This document shows, piece after piece, positions 1 to 8,775 of a stretch of 64,000 nt of DNA; the stretch's first letter is position 1, and every line of letters starts with the position of its first letter. The stretch spans positions 2,627-66,626 of the forward strand of contig CAMKTJ010000011.1 of assembly GCA_946415645.1 (NCBI GenBank), read 5' to 3'. Origin of the DNA: an uncultured Prevotellaceae bacterium. Its GTDB lineage: Bacteria > Bacteroidota > Bacteroidia > Bacteroidales > Bacteroidaceae. The notes under the pieces were generated by a model. That model was not told the DNA's origin, searched no databases, and saw nothing but the letters and a program-made list of their open reading frames with translations. The position numbers and the translations under genes are program-made.

Positions 1-2452
1 ATTCGGTGGCATTCAAACCTTTCAGACCGATGTCTATACACTGTCTTCCGAGAACAAAGAGGAAGCTGGAGGTGGCAGTTTCAGCGGAGCTGTTTCCAAT
101 AGCACCACTATCTACCGACGCAATAATCTGTCTAAGGCTTTCGCAGGCATGAAGTACCTGAGGCAGTGCAAGCTTCCCAAGACAATGGAGGGTATAGGCA
201 GTAACATCTTAAGCGGTTGTCCACTGGATAAGGTTACCCTGCCGACGGCACCCACTTACATTTGGGGCAACGCCTTCTCTGGCACCAAGCTAACTAGCTT
301 TGATTTGCCAGCTACGGTTGAGTTCATTGGTGATAGAGCCTTTGACGGCGTACCGATAAAATTTATTGACGTCAGTCACGTAACCTCTCTTGGTGAATAT
401 TGCTTTAATAACTCTGGACTCATGAGTGTTCAACTGAACAATCAGATAACAGAAATTCCCGAAGGCTTGTTTAATGGCTGTAAGAAACTGGCCAGTATAA
501 CGATTCCCACTAACGTGAAGACGATCGGTGCCAATGCCTTCGGTGGAAGTATGCTGACCTCAGTCACCATCCCTGAATCAGTCACGGAAATCGGTGCATC
601 GGCATTCAACTGGTGCGAGAAACTGAGCACAGTAACTATGGGTAACGGTGTCAGGAAGATAGGTAAGGAAGCTTTCTTAGGTTGTAACAAATTGACCACT
701 GTCAGAATTTCCAGCAACATAGAGGAGATAGGGGAAAATGCTTTCGGCAGCATCGATTTCTACGATGACGGCAGTGACGGTTTTTATTGCGAAGTACCTT
801 GGATGCAAAACCAACCTGTAGAGAATGGCGTGATTTATATAGGTATGGTGGCATATAGGTACGTCACGGGCAGCACCATCAATATCATGGAAGGTACTGT
901 ATCGCTGGCCGACTGGTTTGGCCGAAATTCCAATAACATCACCCGCATTACATTGCCCTCAACGCTTCGCATTCTTGGCACCTCATCACTTTCTAATGCT
1001 TCTATCAGCAGTATAGAATTACCTGAAAGTCTTGAGAAGATTGGCTCATCTGCATTTGCTCGTTGTAATAAGTTGCGCCGCATTACGATTCCACGAAATG
1101 TATCTTTCATCGGTGATTACGCATTTGGGGAATGTGGTATCATTAGAGTGATTTATAACGCAGAAGATGCATCGACCTACAATCCTTGGAACAGTGATGG
1201 TACTGGCAATACATATTCCAGACCTTTCCCCGAGAGCGTGACGCGCGTCATCATCGGCGAGGGAGTGAAGGTCATTCCTCGTTGTCTGTTTGAGGGATGC
1301 AAGAACCTTGTCCGTGTAACAATGGCCAGCACGGTGGAATATATAGGAAATGGCGCTTTCAACACTGGGGGAAGCCCTCTGCAGTACATCGACCTGCCGT
1401 CTTCGCTTAAGTACGTCGGTGGTAGTAACTTCTATGGCTGCAACACCGTCACAGCCTATATGCCGGAACCGTTCCCATTGACAGAACGGCCTTCGGATGA
1501 AGAAGTGCTGAACCTCGAATTTGTGAAGCGTTGCATCGAAGAAGGAGATCGTTATGATGGAGTCGAAACCGTTTCTACGCCTTTTGGCGGTTATATCTAC
1601 TATCATTATCACATTGACGAACAGGGTAATCTGACGTGGGGCGAGGTGAGCGCTCCTTCCTATCAGGACATGGGAAAGTCTAACACCATTCTGCGCGTGC
1701 CCAACGGCTCATTGGCTGCTTATAAGTCCGACCCTTACTGGCCCTCCTTCTTCAAAGAAATCGTCACGTTCGACGGAGCTTCCGATGCAGAGACTATTGT
1801 CGAAAGCACTTCTGTCAAAGTGGCTGAAAATATAACAGACGATACCGATCTCAGCAGCGCCCTTGTTGACGGCATCTATCTCACGCTCGATGCAGAGGAC
1901 AGTGGCGACGGCTATGATGCTACGGAGGGCTGCATCGTCATCAACTCGCAGACCACCGAAGAAGGCGTAACTGCTGCCAGTGCCGATAATGCCGACGACC
2001 TGACTGTGAAGAACCAGTTGAATGGACTCATGTTCGAGATACCCCCTGGCAAGGGTAGGATTACCATAGACTGCCAGACATTGGGATCACGCGCCCTATA
2101 TATTAAGATAGGTGACAAGGAACCGCAGGCGGTAAGCCTTTCTACACGTAATACGGTAACATTCAACTTCGATGTCCTCAAGGAAACCCGTGTGCTCATT
2201 TACGCTGCAAATAATACACAGGCCAATCTTAGCAAGGGTATCCGCCGGGCAGCATACGCTAATGATGACAGCGTGAAACTCTATGGAATAAGCATCAATA
2301 TCGACATGTTGGATGAGGACGGAATCAATACCGTCACCCCAGCCACCTCTGAAGGCGAGGTTACAATATATGACCTCTCCGGTCGTAAGATAACAAACAG
2401 ACTGAAGAAGGGGTTGTATATCGTCAACGGAAAGAAAACTATTAGGCTTTAG
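1..2452 (+). CDS. BspA-type leucine-rich-repeat surface protein with T9SS-type C-terminal sorting tail; 5' end lies outside the window
   Basis: The frame of ORF 149..2452 stays open back to nt 2, and the upstream residues (NNLSKAFAG) continue the repeat. There are many copies of the ~23-aa unit IG..AF..C..L.S(V/I).IP..V..IG. The C-terminus is IYDLSGRKITNRLKKGLYIVNGKKTIRL. Confidence 0.85.
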   Translation, partial: FGGIQTFQTDVYTLSSENKEEAGGGSFSGAVSNSTTIYRRNNLSKAFAGMKYLRQCKLPKTMEGIGSNILSGCPLDKVTLPTAPTYIWGNAFSGTKLTSFDLPATVEFIGDRAFDGVPIKFIDVSHVTSLGEYCFNNSGLMSVQLNNQITEIPEGLFNGCKKLASITIPTNVKTIGANAFGGSMLTSVTIPESVTEIGASAFNWCEKLSTVTMGNGVRKIGKEAFLGCNKLTTVRISSNIEEIGENAFGSIDFYDDGSDGFYCEVPWMQNQPVENGVIYIGMVAYRYVTGSTINIMEGTVSLADWFGRNSNNITRITLPSTLRILGTSSLSNASISSIELPESLEKIGSSAFARCNKLRRITIPRNVSFIGDYAFGECGIIRVIYNAEDASTYNPWNSDGTGNTYSRPFPESVTRVIIGEGVKVIPRCLFEGCKNLVRVTMASTVEYIGNGAFNTGGSPLQYIDLPSSLKYVGGSNFYGCNTVTAYMPEPFPLTERPSDEEVLNLEFVKRCIEEGDRYDGVETVSTPFGGYIYYHYHIDEQGNLTWGEVSAPSYQDMGKSNTILRVPNGSLAAYKSDPYWPSFFKEIVTFDGASDAETIVESTSVKVAENITDDTDLSSALVDGIYLTLDAEDSGDGYDATEGCIVINSQTTEEGVTAASADNADDLTVKNQLNGLMFEIPPGKGRITIDCQTLGSRALYIKIGDKEPQAVSLSTRNTVTFNFDVLKETRVLIYAANNTQANLSKGIRRAAYANDDSVKLYGISINIDMLDEDGINTVTPATSEGEVTIYDLSGRKITNRLKKGLYIVNGKKTIRL

Positions 2453-2478
2453 ACTTTAGTCTTTAGCAATAGGAATAG

Positions 2479-2508
2479 ATAAGGGCTCACAGAAATGTGG
2501 GCCCTTAT
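2479..2508. terminator. bidirectional rho-independent terminator
   Basis: ATAAGGGCTCAC-AGAAAT-GTGGGCCCTTAT followed by TTTTCTTTTT. It lies between convergent genes. Confidence 0.75.
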
Positions 2509-2531
2509 TTTTCTTTTTACTGATTGTTGTT

Positions 2532-2936
2532 CTACCTTCCTGCTGCCAACAACTCATAGGGGATGTCATCGCAGAGCATGGAGCAAGCATTCTGCTCAGG
2601 CTGTGTTTCTGCATCAGATTCTGCCAGCATGGGCTTCTGATACTTAGTGACGATGCGCGTCTGATAAACGGTATCGCGAACGGTTTGTACCTGCATAATG
2701 GTGTCATGCTGCACCTGAACTGCCTGAGCCTCTAACGGAGTTGTTGGCTGGGGCATGTTGGCATGAAGGGCATAGCCGGCAAAGAAACTTATAAGGCTGG
2801 CAGCAATGCCTATGGCTGCTACCAATCCTCTGCTACGACGACGGGGCGCATGCCACTTCTCTACACTCATGCGGCTGTCCACCTGCTGACGCTGACGGCG
2901 AGCCGACTCTATTATCTGTCCGTTACTTATCTGCAT
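2532..2936 (-). CDS. putative anti-sigma factor (small single-pass membrane protein)
   Basis: It overlaps the 3' end of the ECF sigma gene by 14 nt. It has an Arg-rich N-terminus and one central TM segment (GLVAAIGIAASLISFFAGYAL). There is no zinc-finger anti-sigma motif, so the call rests on position only. Confidence 0.5.
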   Translation of the reverse strand: MQISNGQIIESARRQRQQVDSRMSVEKWHAPRRRSRGLVAAIGIAASLISFFAGYALHANMPQPTTPLEAQAVQVQHDTIMQVQTVRDTVYQTRIVTKYQKPMLAESDAETQPEQNACSMLCDDIPYELLAAGR

Positions 2937-3498
2937 ATTCTTTCAGTTTTTTACGTATTATATTCATTGTTTTATGCAAACGGGATTTAACAGTACCTGC
3001 AGGAACACCTACAATCTCTGCCACCTGTGGAATGGTCAGCTCCTCCTGGTAATGCAGCGAGAAGATCTGATGCAAAGGGGCAGGCAACTCTGAGAGTACT
3101 TGTTGTAGAGCCTCATCCAATACAGCAGCATCCAGTTCCACTTCTATCTGTTGCTCCGATACGGGTTCAGCATCCAGGTTTGCCAATAGTTGTGCCTCAT
3201 AGGCGTTGGTCCTGTAGTGGTTCTTGCAGATGTTATAGGCAATGGTAAATATCCACGTGCTGACGTTGCTGCCCTCCTGATAACGAGTGCGAGCCTCGTA
3301 GGCTCTCAGGAATACATCATGCGCAGAATCAGCTGCCAATTCCTCGTCGCCACCCAACTGCATAAAGAAGAAGCCCGTCAATCTACGAGCATAGCGGCGA
3401 TACAGCTCCTCGAAAGCTGTATCGCTGCCTGCTGCTGCACGAGCCATCAACTGCTCATCACTCTGATGACGCAGGGGTCTTAAAGGGAAGATACTCAT
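2923..3498 (-). CDS. RNA polymerase ECF-type sigma-70 factor
   Basis: Region 2 (FEELYRRY.., DVFLRAY, STWIFTIAYNICKNHYR) and region 4 HTH (LPAPLHQIFSLHYQEELTIPQVAEIVGVPAGTVKSRLHKT) are both present. Confidence 0.9.
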   Translation of the reverse strand: MSIFPLRPLRHQSDEQLMARAAAGSDTAFEELYRRYARRLTGFFFMQLGGDEELAADSAHDVFLRAYEARTRYQEGSNVSTWIFTIAYNICKNHYRTNAYEAQLLANLDAEPVSEQQIEVELDAAVLDEALQQVLSELPAPLHQIFSLHYQEELTIPQVAEIVGVPAGTVKSRLHKTMNIIRKKLKEYADK

Positions 3499-4829
3499 TC
3501 TATAGGTTCCGTCTTAATAAGTACCCGTTTGGTTTTCTCAAAGAGTTCCTGTCTCTTTTGCCTTTCCGTCTCCGGATCTTCATTCGGGTCGCCTCTGTAA
3601 TAGCTACCTTCCGCGAACTCATAATGAGGACCGCCGTCCTCACTGAACGATATGTTATAGGACTTACCGCTGGCGAATCCCCAGCCACGTCCTCTCAGTG
3701 GTTTCATGATACCCGTTAAGACACGGTTAAGCTTCGCATATTGTTCAGCGTTATGCTTCTTGTAATATGGCATCAGGTCGTAGAGCAGAACCATATAATT
3801 GAAAGCTAATGAGGATGCAGATTTTGCGGGGTCATAACTTTTCACTTCAGGATGGAACTGCAAGACAAGGTAATCCATCAGGTAACGTTGCTCCACATTG
3901 CGACGTTTGACAGCCATGTTGTCGTAAGGCTTAGCCGAATAGTGCATAGTTAGCCCTTCATTGTAGAGGCAGGCTTTCAGGTCATCGGGCATCTTGCTTA
4001 CAAATCTTGCGCAGGCAGACAGGTAAATAGGGCGTTTGCTCTGCTCGAAGGTATAGCGCAAGACAGCGGTCTGCTTCTCTTCTTGTTGCAGGGAATTGAA
4101 GGATTTGATTATCTCATCACTGAAAGGAATGCCGATGCTCTCGAACATTCTTTTCACATATGTGCCCACGGTACAGAGAATCTTGTCCTTATGTAAGCCT
4201 AAAACATGCTGAAGAATGAGTTTGCCAATGATGTTGTCTCTGGTTTCGCCCAGATAGACACCACCCTTCTCCATGCCCTGCAGTTCGTTGTAGTCATATT
4301 GCAGGGCAGAGGCCGGATATTGTCCGCTTTCATAATATAGAGTAAGTACTTTGATGAGCGGCAGAGAATCCTTTCTAAGGAATAGATAGTTTACCCATAA
4401 GTCGTAATCTTCAGCAGGAACATCTTTGGGAAGTACGCTAACGGCAGAATCTACATATGCACTTGAGACTCTTTCTTGTTCATAAACGTAACTATAATAA
4501 TAGGTATAGGTACCGGGAATCGCCTTTGCCATACGCGGCACCACGTTCAACTGCTTGCGTAGCTGTTCTCTTTGCTTTCCTATTCTGAAGATAAACGATC
4601 GTTGTCCCACCATCGCGTGTTCCACATCAATAAGATTTCGCCAAGCTTTCTCGTCTTTAGGATGTTCTGTAACAAAATTATCCCAATACTTATAGACACT
4701 ATCCAGCTGCAGTGAATCCATACGATGAAGTGGCTGTTCGTCTTCAAGGGTATTCTTTCCCGTTCCCTGTGCGTTGGCTCCTGTCATGAACAAGGCAAAT
4801 GCTAATAGTGTAATAACTGTTCTTTTCAT
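3495..4829 (-). CDS. secreted hypothetical protein, first gene of the ECF sigma operon
   Basis: 444-aa ORF with signal peptide MKRTVITLLAFALFMTGANAQ. Its stop overlaps the sigma ATG (ATGA at 3495-3498). No domain recognised. Confidence 0.75.
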   Translation of the reverse strand: MKRTVITLLAFALFMTGANAQGTGKNTLEDEQPLHRMDSLQLDSVYKYWDNFVTEHPKDEKAWRNLIDVEHAMVGQRSFIFRIGKQREQLRKQLNVVPRMAKAIPGTYTYYYSYVYEQERVSSAYVDSAVSVLPKDVPAEDYDLWVNYLFLRKDSLPLIKVLTLYYESGQYPASALQYDYNELQGMEKGGVYLGETRDNIIGKLILQHVLGLHKDKILCTVGTYVKRMFESIGIPFSDEIIKSFNSLQQEEKQTAVLRYTFEQSKRPIYLSACARFVSKMPDDLKACLYNEGLTMHYSAKPYDNMAVKRRNVEQRYLMDYLVLQFHPEVKSYDPAKSASSLAFNYMVLLYDLMPYYKKHNAEQYAKLNRVLTGIMKPLRGRGWGFASGKSYNISFSEDGGPHYEFAEGSYYRGDPNEDPETERQKRQELFEKTKRVLIKTEPIE

Positions 4830-4890
4830 ACTTTTGAATGTGTTTTGTTTGCGTTTGTCATGACTGCATACACACGAAATGCGGAATCGT

Positions 4891-5052
4891 TCACGAAAAG
4901 GGAAAGATAATTATTCTATTGCTGCCTTCATCTATGGCCCCCCCTGAATGGTAGCCCTTCAGAGTGGCATTTAAAATCGGTTTCTTCTCCCTGGCTATGC
5001 AACAAGTAAAAGTCAGCACTGCCAGCAGCACGGTGATGATAGCGTGTTTCAT
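4891..5052 (-). pseudogene. 53-aa ORF resembling an orphan signal-peptide fragment of the local secreted-protein family (possible gene remnant)
   Basis: My own translation gives MKHAIITVLLAVLTFTCCIAREKK..FPFS*. The N-terminus resembles MKHTIITALLAVFCMTAVAQ of gene 8772..10667. It is below the ORF-track length cut-off. Confidence 0.25.
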
Positions 5053-5066
5053 TGTCTTGTTTTATC

Positions 5067-5744
5067 CTATTTATGGAATACAACTCCTAGGATATAGTAA
5101 TGTGGACTGTATTTGAAATAGTCACTTTCTTTCTCCTTCTCCTCCGTCATTTCAACATCTCCGCAGCAGCGATATATTTCACCATCTGACCAGAAAGAAC
5201 AGTACAGGACAAGTGGAGTAAATTTGCCAACAGAAAACGCAGAAGGCTGGTATGGAACTGCACGATATGAATAAGTAGGTTCAGCCAGGCCAGAAATAGG
5301 TTTTTGTATCAACTTTCCTTTCAGGCTATTGAGACGAGAAGTCCGTATGGTAATGTATTCAATAGAGTCTGACTGAACAGGAGAGAAGCCTATAGAAAGG
5401 GTTTTGGAGAATCTGTAGATTCCATGCTCCAGGTCGTCAGCATCCTTCGTGGCATAGATTTTTTTCTGATCTTCCTCTGGAAAACAGGATATCATTGAAC
5501 GAGTATTAAGTTCTGCAATACTTTCTTCATTAATCTGTCCCTTCTTGTCGTATTCACGGACGAAAAAGGTAAGACCTGAGACAGAATCTCGCAACGAGGA
5601 AATATCGAAGGAAAACACTTCATAGCCATACATTGCCATGTGTTCCATAAAGTCCTCGGACGAGGCTGTTACTCTCTTGATTTCCTGCGTCTGACCAGCC
5701 ATTGCGACGAGGGCTAGTAGCGATGCGATGATTGTCCGCTTCAT
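5067..5744 (-). CDS. secreted hypothetical protein (shared signal-peptide family)
   Basis: 225-aa ORF with signal peptide MKRTIIASLLALVAMAGQTQE, nearly identical to that of 7219..8775. No domain recognised. Confidence 0.75.
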   Translation of the reverse strand: MKRTIIASLLALVAMAGQTQEIKRVTASSEDFMEHMAMYGYEVFSFDISSLRDSVSGLTFFVREYDKKGQINEESIAELNTRSMISCFPEEDQKKIYATKDADDLEHGIYRFSKTLSIGFSPVQSDSIEYITIRTSRLNSLKGKLIQKPISGLAEPTYSYRAVPYQPSAFSVGKFTPLVLYCSFWSDGEIYRCCGDVEMTEEKEKESDYFKYSPHYYILGVVFHK

Positions 5745-5875
5745 TAATGTGTGTGTTGTTTTTAGTTTAAAATCAGAAAAAAAATAATACCTTTCTAATA
5801 TTATATACGCAAAACTACGAAAAATATTACATAACCTGATGACCCTTTAAGTAGTTTTAGTACGTTTTAACAAAA

Positions 5876-5911
5876 AAGATGTGCCCGATTTAGAATCTCA
5901 AGGCACATCTT
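5876..5911. terminator. terminator hairpin downstream of the ATPase gene
   Basis: AAGATGTGCC..GGCACATCTT 10-bp stem, flanked by an A-run and a T-run. Confidence 0.7.
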
Positions 5912-5955
5912 TTATTATACAGAAATCTTCAAACCGCAAGGATAAACCATGTTAG

Positions 5956-7080
5956 TTACCTATTCATCCACAATTTGAAAACAGGATCTTCCAGAAAGAT
6001 ACCATCTTCGGTGACATCAATCAGTTCACGCTCAAGAAGAGCTGTCTTAATACGAGAAATATTCGATTTGGTTCCAAGGTTATATTCTTCCAGAACAGCC
6101 TTGCTGCCGAAATCAGTATGAACTCCTCTACATAAAGCACGGATAAAATTCAGCTGGTATGATGTCAAGCCTTGTATTTGCTGTTCAAAAAGACCGGAGC
6201 ATTGTGACATAAGTGCCTGCACACCATTTTCAAAGTCCTGCTCCGTTGTTTCCTTTTCCGTCTCAGCCAATACATTCCATGCCAACTGTTGAACATAAGA
6301 AGAATGATTATCTACTTTCTCGCAGATACGCTGAGCCAATTCTTCTGAAATTATCTTTCCTTGTTTCTTGAATCGAGTACATATAAATTTTACCCAATCA
6401 TCCGTCGGAATCTTATCCAAATACATCATCTCGCCAAATTGGTAAAAGGGCATCTTTCGATTCTGAAACAACTTTGTCATTAAATGTTTCTTACTTCCAA
6501 AGAGACAATAGGATACATTTTGTTGGTGCTGCCAGATACCACGAAGGCGCTTTTGTACAGTCAGCGAATCACCGAATTCGCCAATCTGTTGAAACTCATC
6601 TATACATATAATAAGATGAACGCCTTGCTCTTGAGCTATCAGTTCAGGCAATTGGAGAATTTCCTCGGGCTGATAGTTTTGTGGGGTTATGCCAAGCGAA
6701 AGAGATATTTCTGACATAGGCTCTGGCGAGAAAGAAATCTTTGGTGACAACCTTACCAAGAAACGCTTGATATTATCCAGCACTTGTTCTGTCTTGGTAG
6801 CTGTTTCTTTCAATAGCACGGACGCAAAACGATTATAAAAATCATATTCGCTTCGGCAGTCATATATATCCATGTAAACAACCTTGATGGTGGGGTCTGT
6901 GATCTCTGACTTCACCTTCTTTACAATGGAACTCTTTCCCATACGCCGAGGCGAGACAAGTATCACATTGATGCCATTCTCAAAATCCATTTTCAGACGT
7001 TTTGTTTCCTTCACCCTATCAGTAAAGTTCTCGCCTTCTACAGACATTCCATATACAAAAGCCCTATTCATAACCTGCAT
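5956..7080 (-). CDS. orphan AAA+ ATPase (archaeal-ATPase/DUF234-like architecture)
   Basis: Walker A VSPRRMGKSSIV and Walker B LIICIDEFQQI are present. The start is moved to the ATG at 7080 (MQVMNRAFVYG) because a TATATTTG box (rc at 7100-7107) and a terminator hairpin (7121-7157) lie inside the longer ORF-track version. Confidence 0.8.
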   Translation of the reverse strand: MQVMNRAFVYGMSVEGENFTDRVKETKRLKMDFENGINVILVSPRRMGKSSIVKKVKSEITDPTIKVVYMDIYDCRSEYDFYNRFASVLLKETATKTEQVLDNIKRFLVRLSPKISFSPEPMSEISLSLGITPQNYQPEEILQLPELIAQEQGVHLIICIDEFQQIGEFGDSLTVQKRLRGIWQHQQNVSYCLFGSKKHLMTKLFQNRKMPFYQFGEMMYLDKIPTDDWVKFICTRFKKQGKIISEELAQRICEKVDNHSSYVQQLAWNVLAETEKETTEQDFENGVQALMSQCSGLFEQQIQGLTSYQLNFIRALCRGVHTDFGSKAVLEEYNLGTKSNISRIKTALLERELIDVTEDGIFLEDPVFKLWMNR

Positions 7081-7099
7081 TTTAATATATTTCCGCTTG

Positions 7100-7107
7100 C
7101 AAATATA
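7100..7107 (-). promoter_or_regulatory. candidate Bacteroidetes -7 box (TAnnTTTG)
   Basis: TATATTTG on the minus strand, ~19 nt upstream of ATG 7080. Confidence 0.45.
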
Positions 7108-7120
7108 TACAACAAAAGAG

Positions 7121-7157
7121 CGGTACACAAACTTGTGGACCACAAAGTTGTGTACCG
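7121..7157 (-). terminator. terminator hairpin after the thioredoxin-fold gene pair
   Basis: CGGTACACAA..TTGTGTACCG stem. On the minus strand it is followed by CTCTTTTGTTG. Confidence 0.6.
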
Positions 7158-7218
7158 TTATGATTATTTAACAGAAAAGATTATCACACCTACCAAAAGC
7201 AGTAAACGTATCCGCTTA

Positions 7219-8775
7219 CTATTTCTCTATAAACCCAACCTCTTCTTTCATCTCCTCAAGCCTTTGGATGAAACTATCATAGCCAAGCTCAAACTGACGC
7301 AACAACAAGCCTTCACGAACGATACGGCCATCAGGGGTAAGGGTGACGTTGTAGGGAAGGCCAGCAAAGCCAAAGAGGTCCTGAAGCTGACGGAGGCGGG
7401 TATCATCGATAACAATGTTAGCCTCATCCTTCAGGTGCTCATTTACAAAATCCAAGTAAGCCCTATTCTTCGGGTTGCGCTCGTTAGCAAGGAAAACAAA
7501 CTTAACATCCTCTCGCTCATGAAGTCGCTGACGGAAATTCCTAGTGTCCTTTATCTCCATTTTACATGAACCACAATACATTGCCCAGAAATCCAGTATG
7601 ATATAACGATTGGGATACTGCTTCAGAATGTCCTTTATGAAATCGGCAGCAGCACCCTCAGGCAACGGAAGCGTAGGCTCATAAGCCAACATCTCCTCAT
7701 AGAACTGCTGCGCCATCATACTCACAGCTGGATGTTTCAGGAAAGGCTTCACGGCAGAGAAATCTTCTTCTATCGTTCCTTCACACATCCATTGCTCCAT
7801 AGCATCATTCACGACATGCAATTGCATCAACTGTATGGGCAGCATATCCTCCTTGGATTCAAACAACCGCTGTCCCACATTATGATTTAGCAACAGCTGC
7901 TCCACTACATTCTGTCGATTCCCCTCCCACGATGTGCCTCTTTTAGCATACAGAGGATACCTCATAGGTGCCGAATACTCAACGTTTCTCAGATAGCGAT
8001 GAAAGAATCTGGTGGCCAGCATCAGCGAATCAGCATTAGGCAGGCGTTTCAGCAGGGGATAGAGTTCCAGTTGACTGATACGTTCCATTACGGCATTGTC
8101 TGCTTTGTAAGGAGCCCGAGGATCTTCCTGTTCCAGCTTTGTTTTTATCTGATCGAAATAGATTAAGTAGGCAGTTCCCCAGTTAGAAGCCAAATCACAT
8201 AGGGCCAGTCGTCGCTCAAAGGGTGTGAAATGGAGACTGTCCGCCTGTCTGTTTGCCTCATGCACCTGAACCGTATAGAGCGAGTCGGCAAAGCGGTTAT
8301 AGGCGTCAATGTCTCCCTCAAAGTTTCTGCAGGAATCATACAAGAGAATCACGTCATACCTCACCTTCAGCAGTCGGGCTACCTCGTCAGCGTGTCCTCC
8401 GCTATATTCACACTCAGGTATCACACCATCATTGAAACGAATGGTAATATCAAGTGTGTCTCCAGGACAAAGATAGAACGGAATCTGCTGATAACCTTCG
8501 GTCTCGATGCTTGTATAAAACCAACTGAACAAGGGGTAATGCAACAGCAGATGCTTCTCAAATGTTCCGTCCTGCCTTATCTCTGCCGTTACATTTGAGT
8601 TTTCGCCCGTAAAGACATCTGGCACTAAAGCAGAGATGCTCTGGAAGTCCTTGTCCGTAGAATAATCCACTATGCGACCTCGTACAACGGCCGAATCCGT
8701 ACGGAAGAAAGGCTCCTGCGCCTGCCCTGCCAAAGCAACGAGGGTTAGCAGCGATGCAATGATTGTGCGCTTCAT
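7219..8775 (-). CDS. secreted thioredoxin-fold (TlpA/AhpC-TSA-like) protein with large N-terminal domain
   Basis: It has a signal peptide and a C-terminal YIILDFWAMYCGSCKMEI motif (CxxC = CGSC). Its ATG overlaps the stop of the upstream gene (ATGA at 8772-8775). Confidence 0.85.
   Translation of the reverse strand: MKRTIIASLLTLVALAGQAQEPFFRTDSAVVRGRIVDYSTDKDFQSISALVPDVFTGENSNVTAEIRQDGTFEKHLLLHYPLFSWFYTSIETEGYQQIPFYLCPGDTLDITIRFNDGVIPECEYSGGHADEVARLLKVRYDVILLYDSCRNFEGDIDAYNRFADSLYTVQVHEANRQADSLHFTPFERRLALCDLASNWGTAYLIYFDQIKTKLEQEDPRAPYKADNAVMERISQLELYPLLKRLPNADSLMLATRFFHRYLRNVEYSAPMRYPLYAKRGTSWEGNRQNVVEQLLLNHNVGQRLFESKEDMLPIQLMQLHVVNDAMEQWMCEGTIEEDFSAVKPFLKHPAVSMMAQQFYEEMLAYEPTLPLPEGAAADFIKDILKQYPNRYIILDFWAMYCGSCKMEIKDTRNFRQRLHEREDVKFVFLANERNPKNRAYLDFVNEHLKDEANIVIDDTRLRQLQDLFGFAGLPYNVTLTPDGRIVREGLLLRQFELGYDSFIQRLEEMKEEVGFIEK

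Noticed and set aside
4938-4944. The C7 homopolymer as a slipped-strand phase-variation switch for a longer gene.
   Set aside because: I translated the +1 and -1 tract-length variants by hand. Both hit a stop within 2-4 codons (..GGG GGG CCA TAG and ..GGG GGG GGC CAT AGA TGA), so no longer ORF is restored.
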